Below, piece after piece: positions 17,117 to 26,546 of a DNA stretch of 46,227 nucleotides. Every line of letters starts with the position of its first letter. Within the stretch, counting starts at the first letter, position 1. Under the pieces are notes generated by a model, which saw only the letters and a list, made by a program, of their open reading frames with translations, had not been told where the DNA came from and searched no databases. This stretch comes from a bacterium (GTDB taxonomy: Bacteria > Zhuqueibacterota > Zhuqueibacteria > Oceanimicrobiales > Oceanimicrobiaceae), in assembly GCA_046757165.1 (NCBI GenBank), contig JBHHXT010000019.1:1-46227 (forward strand). Reading direction: 5' to 3'. The position numbers and the translations under genes are program-made.

Positions 17117-17800
17117 TTAGTTGTCATTATCTGCAGGTTGCCAGTTCTCCTGCACCCAACTGGCGTAGGCTTGCTCAGAATGAACATAAAGAAAGCCGCG
17201 CATGGTGTAATGGCCATATCCACACAACTCGGCGCAAGCGATCTCATACTTGTCGGTTTCGGTCGCCTGGAACCAGGCTTCGATTTCACGGCCAGGCACC
17301 AGGTCCTGCTTCAGGCGCAGAACCGGGACAAAAAAACTGTGGATAACATCCTGGGAAGTGAGAATAAGCTTCACCACTTTGTTGGCCGGCACGTGAAGGT
17401 CGTTCTCCAGCGTGAGATCGTCGTCGCTACCAAACATGCCGTCCGGCCCGGGGTAGGTCATGATCCAGTTGAACTGCTTGCCCTCCACTTGAATGGTCAC
17501 CGCGCTGACTGGCATGTCCCCTTTGATTTGGTCATAGGCTTTCGCGCCGGCAAAATCAATCCACAGGTCGAACACGAGCACGATGGCAGCTGGAATCAAG
17601 ATCCAGCCCGTTTGTGGCCACGCCCTGCCGTGCACAAATTTCGCCCGCTGCCCCTCTCGACGACGGTACCGAAACAGAAAATAGAAAATCAATCCCTCGC
17701 CTAGCAGAAATCCGATTCCGACGATCCAGAAGATCAGATAGAACACCGAGTCAATCTCACCGCCAAAGGTCGAGATGTTCTGCGGGAACAAATCAAACAT
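17117..17800 (-). CDS. ctaC: Cytochrome c oxidase subunit II (CuA), no fused cytochrome c
   Basis: Two TM helices; DVIHSF and CAELCGYGHYTM CuA motif. Confidence 0.95.
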   Translation of the reverse strand: MFDLFPQNISTFGGEIDSVFYLIFWIVGIGFLLGEGLIFYFLFRYRRREGQRAKFVHGRAWPQTGWILIPAAIVLVFDLWIDFAGAKAYDQIKGDMPVSAVTIQVEGKQFNWIMTYPGPDGMFGSDDDLTLENDLHVPANKVVKLILTSQDVIHSFFVPVLRLKQDLVPGREIEAWFQATETDKYEIACAELCGYGHYTMRGFLYVHSEQAYASWVQENWQPADNDN

Positions 17801-18103
17801 GGTCTCACACCTCCAGGTTTATTCGTATCTTGCTCGAGCCAATGCACCAAACGCGATTCCGCCCCTGGCGATTATATTACATCTTCAATGCAAACAAATA
17901 CTTGCTTTATAGAAAGTCGATGGGACGATCTTGGCTCCTAAAGTGGCAAACCGTGTCAAAGGAACCAGATGGACAAATTCGGACTGCGTTATCTGCTTTA
18001 AATGGTGAATAAGATAAGCGAATTGCGGATGAATGTCAAGTATTTTTTGACGATAATGTCATCTTATAGTCACATGAAGCTTGATGGCCACCCTGCAAAC
18101 GGC

Positions 18104-19285
18104 CTATTGGGCCTCATGACAGTAGCCGCAGAACCCTGCGCCCGCCTGGCGTGTGTTGGTATGACAGGAGTAGCACAGGGCATTGTCATCATCATGCAGA
18201 GACGCGTCATCCCCGATCTGGTCTGCGAAGCCCGTCTCGTGGGTTTTGGGGTTGGTCCCCTGCACGCCGTCAAAATCGGTGTGGCAGAGTAAACAGGTGG
18301 GATCATCCCCCTCGGTGCTATGGCAGGCCGCGCAATTTTCAATGTCTCGCCTGGCGAGCTCAGCATGGCGGCCGCCGCCGGTGCCGACGACCCCTGCAAG
18401 TGCCCCCCAATCGGGCCCGCCATGCCAGACAGGTTTGCCCGCCACGTCCACGCCTTCGGCTTCGTGGCACGTCTGGCAAAAATTCTGAGTTTCGTGACAG
18501 ACGGCACACTCCTGCGACCGGCCCTGCGCTTCAAGAGGATGAGTGAGTCTAAAATTGAGATCGTGCACGCGGGAGATAAGCAGACCCTTTGTGCCCCCGC
18601 CAAGCGAGGGGAACATCGGTGTTTGTGTATCGAGCACGGGCGCCGAGGCCGTCATGAACAAAGACGCCCCCTGATGACACTCTGCGCAATCGTTTCGCGT
18701 GTGACAAACGCTGCACGCCTCCTGATCGATACGGGCCAGATTTTTGTGTGTCACAAGATAATCCGAGCTATGGTCAACCGGCCTGAGGGTGAGGGTATTG
18801 GTGTGGCAGTTCACGCACTCGAGTGTCGCCTGCTGGTTGTTGTGACACCTGGCGCAGTCTGGCATCTGTGCCTTACTGTGATCGTCAGCGTAGTCTACCC
18901 TGTCCAAATTCTTGTGGCAGGTTTCGCAGGCCACTTTCTGCTCGAGAACATGAAATTCATGGTTGAACAGAAGCGTGTTTTCGACAGCGGGCAGCGGCTG
19001 CCGGGTCTCCTCGTCCTCGAAATGGCAGAGCGTGCACGCTTCTTCATCCTCGACCTCATGGCATCCCTGACACTCTTCCTTTGCAGGCAGCAAATTATCG
19101 CTGGCCAGCGTGCTCTGCTCAGCACGGGTATGACAATCCGCACAAGCTGTCTCTACCTCCTTCTGGTGAAACTTGTGCGAAAATTTGATCACTTCTTTTG
19201 ATTGCTTCAGCGGACTTTGGGATAAAACGTGCCAGCTAAGTGCCAATGTGATGGTTATCACTCCCAACCAGAACTTGTTCAGCAT
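18104..19285 (-). CDS. Periplasmic 14-heme cytochrome c (c3/c7-like repeats)
   Basis: Signal peptide; 14 CxxCH counted; FSHKFH and FNHEFH distal-His motifs. Confidence 0.9.
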   Translation of the reverse strand: MLNKFWLGVITITLALSWHVLSQSPLKQSKEVIKFSHKFHQKEVETACADCHTRAEQSTLASDNLLPAKEECQGCHEVEDEEACTLCHFEDEETRQPLPAVENTLLFNHEFHVLEQKVACETCHKNLDRVDYADDHSKAQMPDCARCHNNQQATLECVNCHTNTLTLRPVDHSSDYLVTHKNLARIDQEACSVCHTRNDCAECHQGASLFMTASAPVLDTQTPMFPSLGGGTKGLLISRVHDLNFRLTHPLEAQGRSQECAVCHETQNFCQTCHEAEGVDVAGKPVWHGGPDWGALAGVVGTGGGRHAELARRDIENCAACHSTEGDDPTCLLCHTDFDGVQGTNPKTHETGFADQIGDDASLHDDDNALCYSCHTNTRQAGAGFCGYCHEAQ

Positions 19286-19345
19286 AATCCCTCACCGGTT
19301 TGCCTCAGATTCGTTTTCTTCCTCATCATGTCCCTGCTCGACAGC

Positions 19346-20614
19346 TTATAAGCTGCGCTTGAAAAACCAATAGCTTGCTTTGACAAAGATTCGAAAATCG
19401 CTGCTCGAGAACCGATTGCGGATGCCCTGGCCGAGGATGTCGATGGCAAGCTGCTTGCGCGGACGGTAGTTGAGACCGACACTCCCGGTCAGGGAGGTGT
19501 GGGTCTCGAGGTCGTCATCGAACAGCGTGTAACGAGCCAGCCCGGTCGTGGCTACCAGTCCCAGTTTCGGTGTCACGGGATAATTCAAGGCGGCGTATGC
19601 GCCGTTGTTTTGGCCGCCATACCCTTTTCTGAAATTGTAGCCGAGCGAGCCGTACTTTCCTCTAACGCCCAAACCAAAACGAACCGTTTCGTCGCCGTCA
19701 TATTTTTGAACGGCGAGATTTCCGTTCAGGAACCAGCGCTGGCCGAACCGGTAACTGCCGCGCACGCCGAACTCCTGTGTGGTGTTTTGCTCAAACACCG
19801 TGAAGATGGAATTTGCTTCGATGAGTGGTGCACGGTGGATAAATTCACCACTCAATGTCAGTTTATCAGAAGCTGCCAGCCGGAGTTCAACCTGCCCGCG
19901 GCGAACACGCTCTTGCTCGAGGTCATAATCGAGCCGGCCATAGAGGTTCAACTTGCGCGCGAAACGCCGGTGGAGGTCCAGGCCAAGCAGCCGTTGCTCC
20001 AAACTCTCGAAGGTGATTTTTCTGCCGGTATACCGACCGGGCGCTGAGTAAGCAGCAGGCGCCCGGTTTCTTTGCATGAAACTAACCAGGACCTTCGTAC
20101 CGGCCAGCTTCGTGGTACTCACCCGGAAGCCGAACGCATGTCGGTCATCCCAGTTGCCGATTTCGATTTCATTCGAAAACGGCACCAGGATGCCTGCGAA
20201 GCCTCCTATCTTGACACTCTCTCCGATGCGGAAGTTGAGATCGATGCCGTCAACGGTGCCGTATGCAACGCCAGAATAGACCCGCTGCCGACCCAGGCGA
20301 ACACGCTGGACCAGGCCCTTGCGTGCGTGCCACTGAAGGTAAGTGTGATAGATTCGCGGAATGGGATCGTCCTCCGCGGACTTTGCCAAATCTTGTGACA
20401 GCAGGCCATAAAAGTGAAAAGACACGCGCCTGGAAGCAAGATTCCCAATGGTGACCTGTGCTGTTTGGTACACCCGTGCGTGCGTCTCGGAAAGCGAGTC
20501 TGCCGGGTTTCTCTCCCAGGAGTAGACCGTGGTGGAGAAGCGACCACTCACCGACTGCCCATAGACCTGCGTGGTCAGAGCTAACGCGAGCAAAATGTAG
20601 ATCAATCTCTTCAA
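19346..20614 (-). CDS. Outer-membrane beta-barrel (porin of a porin-cytochrome complex)
   Basis: Signal peptide; amphipathic strands throughout; RVRLGRQ..VDG motif; terminal strand RIFVKASYWF; flanked by two multiheme cytochrome genes. Confidence 0.8.
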   Translation of the reverse strand: MKRLIYILLALALTTQVYGQSVSGRFSTTVYSWERNPADSLSETHARVYQTAQVTIGNLASRRVSFHFYGLLSQDLAKSAEDDPIPRIYHTYLQWHARKGLVQRVRLGRQRVYSGVAYGTVDGIDLNFRIGESVKIGGFAGILVPFSNEIEIGNWDDRHAFGFRVSTTKLAGTKVLVSFMQRNRAPAAYSAPGRYTGRKITFESLEQRLLGLDLHRRFARKLNLYGRLDYDLEQERVRRGQVELRLAASDKLTLSGEFIHRAPLIEANSIFTVFEQNTTQEFGVRGSYRFGQRWFLNGNLAVQKYDGDETVRFGLGVRGKYGSLGYNFRKGYGGQNNGAYAALNYPVTPKLGLVATTGLARYTLFDDDLETHTSLTGSVGLNYRPRKQLAIDILGQGIRNRFSSSDFRIFVKASYWFFKRSL

Positions 20615-20671
20615 GACCCTGGTCCCCTTTCTTATGTGTGAAGTGCGTCGTACGTCCGACTCACCTTATTT

Positions 20672-20826
20672 CTTGCGCCTCCTGGCTGCAAAGGGAGGCG
20701 CAAGGTCGTCAAGGAGGTAGATAATGAATTGAGCAGCATTGAGCTTCACTCGTCATTTGTTGTCACTTGCCTTGCGGGCGTCATTGAGCAGGCAAGGACC
20801 AAATGACGCCCGCAGGGCAAATGACG
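20672..20826. repeat. Two strong intergenic hairpins
   Basis: 11-bp perfect stem 20672-20682/20694-20704; 19-bp stem with one mismatch 20767-20785/20802-20820. Confidence 0.65.
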
Positions 20827-20901
20827 GCGCGAAGCGCTAAATGACTTTTTTCGCAGCAAAGTCTGCAAAAAAACCCAGGCTCTCTCTGGTCAGGACGCCC
20901 G

Positions 20902-21771
20902 TCAAAACATGGGGAATTCCTGACCAAAAACATTGACCAACCCGTTTGCGTGTTTGCTTTTGTCACTGATGTTTCCTTGTGAATCCATCACCAGGTTGTG
21001 ACAATTGACACAGGCGGTCAGCTCAAACGGGTTGTGCCCGGTGGGTGGCAAGTCATGGCACGTGCCACAGGTGACCGTTTCAGGGTTGGTCCACTCCGGT
21101 GAGGCCTGATTGCCTACGATGGAGTCAGCCGAGTAAATAAAGGCAAAGCTTGACTGTTCCTTTGCTAAACTCCAATTGCCATGACAGTAGACATTTTCAC
21201 AGGACAAGCTATTATCGTTCCACCGTGGCTCTGCCTCGTCGAGCAGCGCATTTTTGCTGAACACCACCTCAGCGGGTAATGGTGAATCGATGTGCTCGGG
21301 AGCGTCAAACGTCCCCGGAACGACGTGACAAGTCGAACAGTCGAAGCCATTGCTGAAAGATGCGCCAGAGAGATGAGGTGTATGGGCCCCCACGCCTCGG
21401 ACACCGCTGCTGAAGTTGTCTGCCAGATCTGTTGGGGGAGCGCCGGTTTGATTGTCGACACCGCCATGGCAGACCGTGCAATCCTCCGGCGTAGACGGAT
21501 GACAGGTCAAGCATGAACGATTAGCGATCCCCCCGCTGTAATCGACACCGTGACACTGCTGACAGTTTGCCAGATCCCATCCTGAGCTTTGCAAGAATAC
21601 GCCGTGAAATTCCGGTGCGCCATCGCTTATCCAGTCCCGGGGGTGAACGGACAGTTCTGGTTCCAGATTAGCCGGGACGGGTTCTCTCAGTTCGCTGCAT
21701 CGGTTGAGAAAAAGAGCCAGAAAGAACCATGGGAAAATGAGCCGCAAATCCATTCTGATGTGCATGGTCAT
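20902..21771 (-). CDS. Multiheme cytochrome c, probable lipoprotein, CxxxxCH/CxxCH (Geobacter-type) domain
   Basis: Six CxxCH plus CENVYCH; hydrophobic stretch ending FLNR-C. Start uncertain (21810, 21771 or 21753). Confidence 0.85.
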   Translation of the reverse strand: MTMHIRMDLRLIFPWFFLALFLNRCSELREPVPANLEPELSVHPRDWISDGAPEFHGVFLQSSGWDLANCQQCHGVDYSGGIANRSCLTCHPSTPEDCTVCHGGVDNQTGAPPTDLADNFSSGVRGVGAHTPHLSGASFSNGFDCSTCHVVPGTFDAPEHIDSPLPAEVVFSKNALLDEAEPRWNDNSLSCENVYCHGNWSLAKEQSSFAFIYSADSIVGNQASPEWTNPETVTCGTCHDLPPTGHNPFELTACVNCHNLVMDSQGNISDKSKHANGLVNVFGQEFPMF

Positions 21772-21899
21772 TCTATAAGTTATGTTCGAGTCACATTCCT
21801 GGCGCAACAAAGTCGCTCAGGCATCTTCTTGCAAGAAATCAAAAAGCAATAACATAGCAGCAATGTACAAGCGTTTCACCTCGATGTTCGGCATTCAAA

Positions 21900-22376
21900 T
21901 CACGGCTCTTTGTCCTTTAGATTTTCGCGAATGACATCGATCAACATCCTTTGAAGGGCGACGAAACGTTCAGCAATGATTTCAGAAATATTCCTCATCA
22001 GGATGTGGCCAAGATGACTGGCTGATGCGGACAATCGCTTGACGTCACTCGCTTTGAACTTCAACAATTCTGAATCTTGCATGGCTACCGCTGCGAGCGT
22101 ATAGACGTAGGGCTCGGTCAGAGCGGACCACCCAAAAGCATCGCTCTTGAACTTTCGCTCCAGCGTAACCTCTTTCGAAACATGATAATAAGTTACCTTG
22201 AACCGCAGTTCTATCGCGCCACGGCTCACGATGTACAAATGCTCGGCAGAACTTTCAGCCTCAAAGATACGATCTCCCTGATTGACAGAAATCCTCTCAC
22301 AGATCCCGGAAAAATCTTCCAGCTCCTTATCTGAGAATTCAGCAAATACACCCGTCTCTCTAAGTAAGTCGATCAT
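21900..22376 (-). CDS. Stand-alone cyclic-nucleotide-binding (Crp-like sensor) domain protein
   Basis: GDRIFEAES.AEHLYIVSRGAIEL...FGWSAL...AVAMQDSELL; no HTH domain follows. Confidence 0.85.
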   Translation of the reverse strand: MIDLLRETGVFAEFSDKELEDFSGICERISVNQGDRIFEAESSAEHLYIVSRGAIELRFKVTYYHVSKEVTLERKFKSDAFGWSALTEPYVYTLAAVAMQDSELLKFKASDVKRLSASASHLGHILMRNISEIIAERFVALQRMLIDVIRENLKDKEP

Positions 22377-22393
22377 TTCTCATCCCCTGGGGT

Positions 22394-22984
22394 TTAGTCA
22401 TGCTTGTATTTCAACGGGTAGTGCTTGTGGGTGCCATCATCTTTTCTTTTCTCAAAGTCGAACGGCTCATCCTTGTTGAAAAATGGACTCTTTTCATTGT
22501 GGCACACCTCCGTGCACGATTTGCCGGTAACAGGGCTGTTGAGACCCACTTTCACCACCTCGGAGCGCTTGTAGTTTTTGTTTTTCAAATGCATATATTG
22601 CTCCTTGACGTACTCACTCCCCGCACCATGGCACATTTCGCAGCTTACGCCGGCAAGTTGTGGCGTCTCCTCGAGACTGACAAAGCCGCCGGACTTGCCA
22701 TACCCCGTTGTATGACAGGGCAGGCACTCTGTGTCCTGAGTATAATCCTTTGCAGGGTCCAGACCCGCTTGCTTCTTGGCCTCAGCCCGCTCACCGGCTT
22801 TCAAAATGTCGAAGGCTTTGGCCATATTCGTCGTTTTCCAGGACTTGAACTGTTTGAGATGGCACTTCTTGCAGCCCTTGGTTCCGACGAAACTGTATTC
22901 ATGCCCGGCCTGGTCCTTTTGTGCCAGCAGCACAGGCGGCAGAATAAGAACGTATGCAAGCACAGCTCTCAAAATCACGTTCAT
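22394..22984 (-). CDS. Tetraheme cytochrome c554/c552-family protein
   Basis: Signal peptide; FVGTKGCKKCH, CLPCHTTG, GVSCEMCHG and CTEVCH (CX3CH). Confidence 0.85.
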   Translation of the reverse strand: MNVILRAVLAYVLILPPVLLAQKDQAGHEYSFVGTKGCKKCHLKQFKSWKTTNMAKAFDILKAGERAEAKKQAGLDPAKDYTQDTECLPCHTTGYGKSGGFVSLEETPQLAGVSCEMCHGAGSEYVKEQYMHLKNKNYKRSEVVKVGLNSPVTGKSCTEVCHNEKSPFFNKDEPFDFEKRKDDGTHKHYPLKYKHD

Positions 22985-23005
22985 GATCGACCTCCGAATT
23001 GATTG

Positions 23006-24268
23006 TTAGTTTAACTGAGAGTTGTTCGTCCTCAAGAGCGCGTGGAGAAACGCGTACATATTCCTCATCTCATCCCCGCTAAATTGAGGCCATCGCATCA
23101 CTTTTTCGGTGATCCTTGCCTCCATAACGGGTGCATGATTCCACATGATTTGCGCCATATCGATAGGAGATGCGACGCCTCTCGACCGGGAGAGGTCCGG
23201 GGCAAAGTCACCTCCTTTGGCATCGGAGCCATGACAGTTGACGCACCCCTTTTCTGCGAAGACCGCTCGCCCGAGCTCAGAATCGCCGGGCTTGTCCCTG
23301 AACTTCAGAAAGTAGAGGTAGGCAATTAAATCAGCCATTTCTTTTCCGCCAAACCTTGGCCAATTGATCTGTTGTTCTTCCATGATCGATGCCATTTCAG
23401 AGCCATGATTCCACATCACTCCAGCGATTTCCGTTACGCTGTAATCCCATTCCAAATCCCCGAGATCCGTACCGATGTCCTGACCTTCACCATGCAGGGC
23501 ATGGCAGTCCAGACAGCTCTTGTTTTTGAAGACTTGTTGGCCGCGATTGGGATTCCCCGGAGACATATAAACGCGCTCCCTTTCTGTACCCTGGCTCGCC
23601 TCTCGGATATACGCACTCAGGTCGACAATTTCGCCCCTTTCGAATCTGGGGCGCTGCAAACCCATTTTCAGGATTTTCTTTTCCATTTCAGGGCCGTGAT
23701 TCCACAAAGCCTGCGCCATATACAGCGGTGAAATGTACTTCGCCAGCTTGTCAAAGGCGGGAGCCAGATCGCCGCCTTTGCCGGCGATGGAATGACAAAC
23801 CAGACAACTCTTTTCTTTCACCAGGATTTTTCCACGATACAGATCGCCGGGCTCACCCAGGTAGCGCAAATAATACAAGTATGCGATCAACTCGACCATT
23901 TCGGTGCGGGAGAATTCAGGATAGGACAAATCCAGTTCTTGCATGCGCCTGAGCATTTCAGGAGCGTGATTCAACATGATGCCGGCAAGCTGGAGGAAGC
24001 TGCCGTAGAAGTGTTTTTGCGCCAGATCCGGGCCGATATCCCCGCCATCGCCTTTGATGGCGTGACAGTTTACGCATCCTTTTTGTTCAAAAACAAACCG
24101 CCCTTTCAGCGGATTTTCGACCATGAACAGCTCCTGGGCTGAGAGGCTCAAAGGCATGGCAAGAAAAGAACATAGCAGAACCATCAAGCCACGCTCTGGA
24201 AGGGATTCCCCCTGTCCGACCTTATTCTTCTGGGTGTATTTCATTTTTTCCTGCTCCAAAGTGATCAT
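23006..24268 (-). CDS. Cytochrome c with four tandem monoheme domains
   Basis: Four repeats of G..(V/L)F..K.CxxCH...G.(I/L)(G/A)P..L...(M/L)(W/L)NH..(E/V)M. Start uncertain (24268, 24244 or 24184). Confidence 0.85.
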   Translation of the reverse strand: MITLEQEKMKYTQKNKVGQGESLPERGLMVLLCSFLAMPLSLSAQELFMVENPLKGRFVFEQKGCVNCHAIKGDGGDIGPDLAQKHFYGSFLQLAGIMLNHAPEMLRRMQELDLSYPEFSRTEMVELIAYLYYLRYLGEPGDLYRGKILVKEKSCLVCHSIAGKGGDLAPAFDKLAKYISPLYMAQALWNHGPEMEKKILKMGLQRPRFERGEIVDLSAYIREASQGTERERVYMSPGNPNRGQQVFKNKSCLDCHALHGEGQDIGTDLGDLEWDYSVTEIAGVMWNHGSEMASIMEEQQINWPRFGGKEMADLIAYLYFLKFRDKPGDSELGRAVFAEKGCVNCHGSDAKGGDFAPDLSRSRGVASPIDMAQIMWNHAPVMEARITEKVMRWPQFSGDEMRNMYAFLHALLRTNNSQLN

Positions 24269-24497
24269 GTTTCTCGCCTCTTTGCAGTCCGACGAACACA
24301 TAAGTCAGGATGGCTGCCAGGGTAAAAAAAACCGGGATGGCGACGATGCTGATGCCAACAGAAGCGTTGAGCGCATCGTTGAGTCTGTGCGCCACACGAA
24401 TCAGGTTGAAAATCCAAACAGCCACGCTCGAGACAAAAACCCAGATCAAGGACACAGAGGCAAGTTGGAGAAAATAAATTGTGTTTGACCGTTTCAT
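24222..24497 (-). CDS. Small 2-TM membrane protein, possible accessory subunit
   Basis: ATGA overlap with the NrfD-family stop; two hydrophobic helices. Confidence 0.65.
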   Translation of the reverse strand: MKRSNTIYFLQLASVSLIWVFVSSVAVWIFNLIRVAHRLNDALNASVGISIVAIPVFFTLAAILTYVFVGLQRGEKHDHFGAGKNEIHPEE

Positions 24498-25861
24498 TGC
24501 TCCACTCCTGCTCGTTTGCTCGCGGACTCCGGCAAAGGCTGCTCAGGCAAATACGATTGCAACCGGCTGGCAACTTCTCGCACACTGTGTTGCCGGCCTT
24601 CCTGAATTTCCCAAATTGAAACCAACGGAAAGTACTTGGAGAATAAAACATAGCCCAGAACAAACACCGCAAGGCCCCAGGCAAAGAGACTCCACTCGGT
24701 GAGCGAGGGGATGTACATTCCGGTCGGATAGGGTAATCTTGGATTCGCCAGAGACGGCACGACAATGATGAGGCGCTCCAGCCACATGCCGATCACAACG
24801 GCAATCGAGGCCACCAGAATCCCCGGAATCTTCTGTGTTTTCGGGTTGGCGAGAATGGTTATCGGAACCACGAAATTGCAAAAGATCATCAGCCAGAAAA
24901 ACGGCGACATCTTTCCGACGAACTTGTAGAGGAACACTCTCATCTCGTTAGGCTCGTGCCCGTAATATCCCGTCAGATATTCAGAGAAAGTAAAATAGCC
25001 CCACAACATCGACATGATCAGCAGCAGCAGCCCCAAATACTTGAAATGAATCTCTTTCAGGTAGGGCTCCAGCTTGAATGCCTTGCGAAACGCAATCATG
25101 GCAATCAACAAGGCCGCGATACCGGAGAAAATGGCGCCGACCACAAAATAGGGACCGAAAATCGTGCTGTGCCAACCGGGCTGAATGGTCATAGAAAAGA
25201 TGAACGAAATGACTGTGTGAACAGAAACGGCAATCGGAATCACCATGACCATCAGGATGTTGATGGCTCTTTCGAGCACTTTCTTCTGGTGTTCCGTGCC
25301 CTGCCAGCCCCAGGCCAGGAATTCGTACAGCCAGCGGGGCCGCGTGCCGCGATCCCGCAGGATGGCGATATCCGGAATCATGGGAAGATACAAATAGACC
25401 GTACTGGCGCCAAAATAAGCGGTGATACTGGTCACATCCCAGAGCAGGGGGGACTGCAGCCGCCCATCGGTGAAAAGATGCATCATGCGGTCAGGCCGGC
25501 CCAGATCGAGGATGGGATGCAGGCCTCCGATCGCCAAAACGATGGCCGTGATGACCTCTGCCATCCGGGTGATCGGACGCCGCCATTCCGCTTTCGAGAG
25601 TCTCAGAATCGCCGAAATCAGGGTTCCAGCATGGCTGATACCAATGAAGAAGACGAAGTTGATAATATAAAACCCCCAGGAGACGGGCTGATTGAGCCCG
25701 GTGACGCCGAGGCCAAGCACAACTTGCCTGATGTAAGTATAGACAGAGAAAGCGATGATGGCTAACAGGACACAAACCGTGATGTAAAACCCCTTGCCCG
25801 TGTGCTCGATGGGACGTATCAGCACTTCATCTTCGAATGAATCCTTGCGCAGTTCAGACAT
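24494..25861 (-). CDS. nrfD: NrfD/PsrC-family quinone-interacting membrane subunit (ActC/QrcD-like)
   Basis: WGFYIINFVFFIGISHAGTLISAIL, WRRPITRMAE, DLGRP, SPLLWD, SVHT, GMWLER. Confidence 0.92.
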   Translation of the reverse strand: MSELRKDSFEDEVLIRPIEHTGKGFYITVCVLLAIIAFSVYTYIRQVVLGLGVTGLNQPVSWGFYIINFVFFIGISHAGTLISAILRLSKAEWRRPITRMAEVITAIVLAIGGLHPILDLGRPDRMMHLFTDGRLQSPLLWDVTSITAYFGASTVYLYLPMIPDIAILRDRGTRPRWLYEFLAWGWQGTEHQKKVLERAINILMVMVIPIAVSVHTVISFIFSMTIQPGWHSTIFGPYFVVGAIFSGIAALLIAMIAFRKAFKLEPYLKEIHFKYLGLLLLIMSMLWGYFTFSEYLTGYYGHEPNEMRVFLYKFVGKMSPFFWLMIFCNFVVPITILANPKTQKIPGILVASIAVVIGMWLERLIIVVPSLANPRLPYPTGMYIPSLTEWSLFAWGLAVFVLGYVLFSKYFPLVSIWEIQEGRQHSVREVASRLQSYLPEQPLPESASKRAGVEQ

Positions 25862-26545
25862 TTATTCCACCTCTGACAGATAAAAAACTTTCGGTTCGGT
25901 GCCCAAATCTTCCAGCAATTGAAAGGCGCGCGGGTTTCTCCTGAGCTTGCTGACCTGGCTTTTGGGATCGTCGAGATCGCCAAAGTAAATCGCTCCGGTC
26001 GGGCAGCTTTCCATACAGGCCGGGATGTAATCTCCCTCTCGCAGCTCGCGGCCTTCAACAGCAGCCTGCTCTTTGGCTATCTGCAACCGGTGAATACAAA
26101 AGGTACATTTTTCCACCACGCCGGCCGGGCGCAGCGACACATCCGGATTGCAGGCCGCTCGCATTTCCTCCGGCCATTCGGGTCGGCTCCAGTTAAATGA
26201 TTTCACCGTGTAGGGACAGGCGACCTGGCAGTATCGACAGCCGATGCATTGCGGAAAAATCTGCGTGACGAGGCCCTCATCATTGAGATAGGTCGCACGA
26301 ACCGGACACACTTTGGTACACGGCGGGTTATCACATTGAAAACAGGGCCGAGGCATGTAGCGGACTTTCACATCAGGAAATTCCCCCTCGTAAGTCGTGA
26401 GGATATCCATCCAAAGCATGGTGCGCCCGCGGTCCGATTCATCCGGCCCGACGATGGCGACGTTGTTTTCGATCTTGCAGGCCGCGACACATTCCCCGCA
26501 GCCGGTGCACTTGTTCAAATCGATGACCATACCCCATCTTGGCAT
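25862..26545 (-). CDS. 4x[4Fe-4S] ferredoxin subunit (NrfC/PsrB/QrcC-like)
   Basis: Start MPRWGMVIDL at 26545; CTGCGECVAAC, CFQCDNPPCTKVCP, CIGCRYCQVACP, CTFC...CMESCP. Confidence 0.93.
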   Translation of the reverse strand: MPRWGMVIDLNKCTGCGECVAACKIENNVAIVGPDESDRGRTMLWMDILTTYEGEFPDVKVRYMPRPCFQCDNPPCTKVCPVRATYLNDEGLVTQIFPQCIGCRYCQVACPYTVKSFNWSRPEWPEEMRAACNPDVSLRPAGVVEKCTFCIHRLQIAKEQAAVEGRELREGDYIPACMESCPTGAIYFGDLDDPKSQVSKLRRNPRAFQLLEDLGTEPKVFYLSEVE

Positions 26546-26546
26546 A

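Noticed and set aside
18034..18062. Possible Fnr/Crp box upstream of the oxidase (TTGACGATAATGTCAT)
   Set aside because: Spacing and half-sites fit neither TTGAT-N4-ATCAA nor TGTGA-N6-TCACA.
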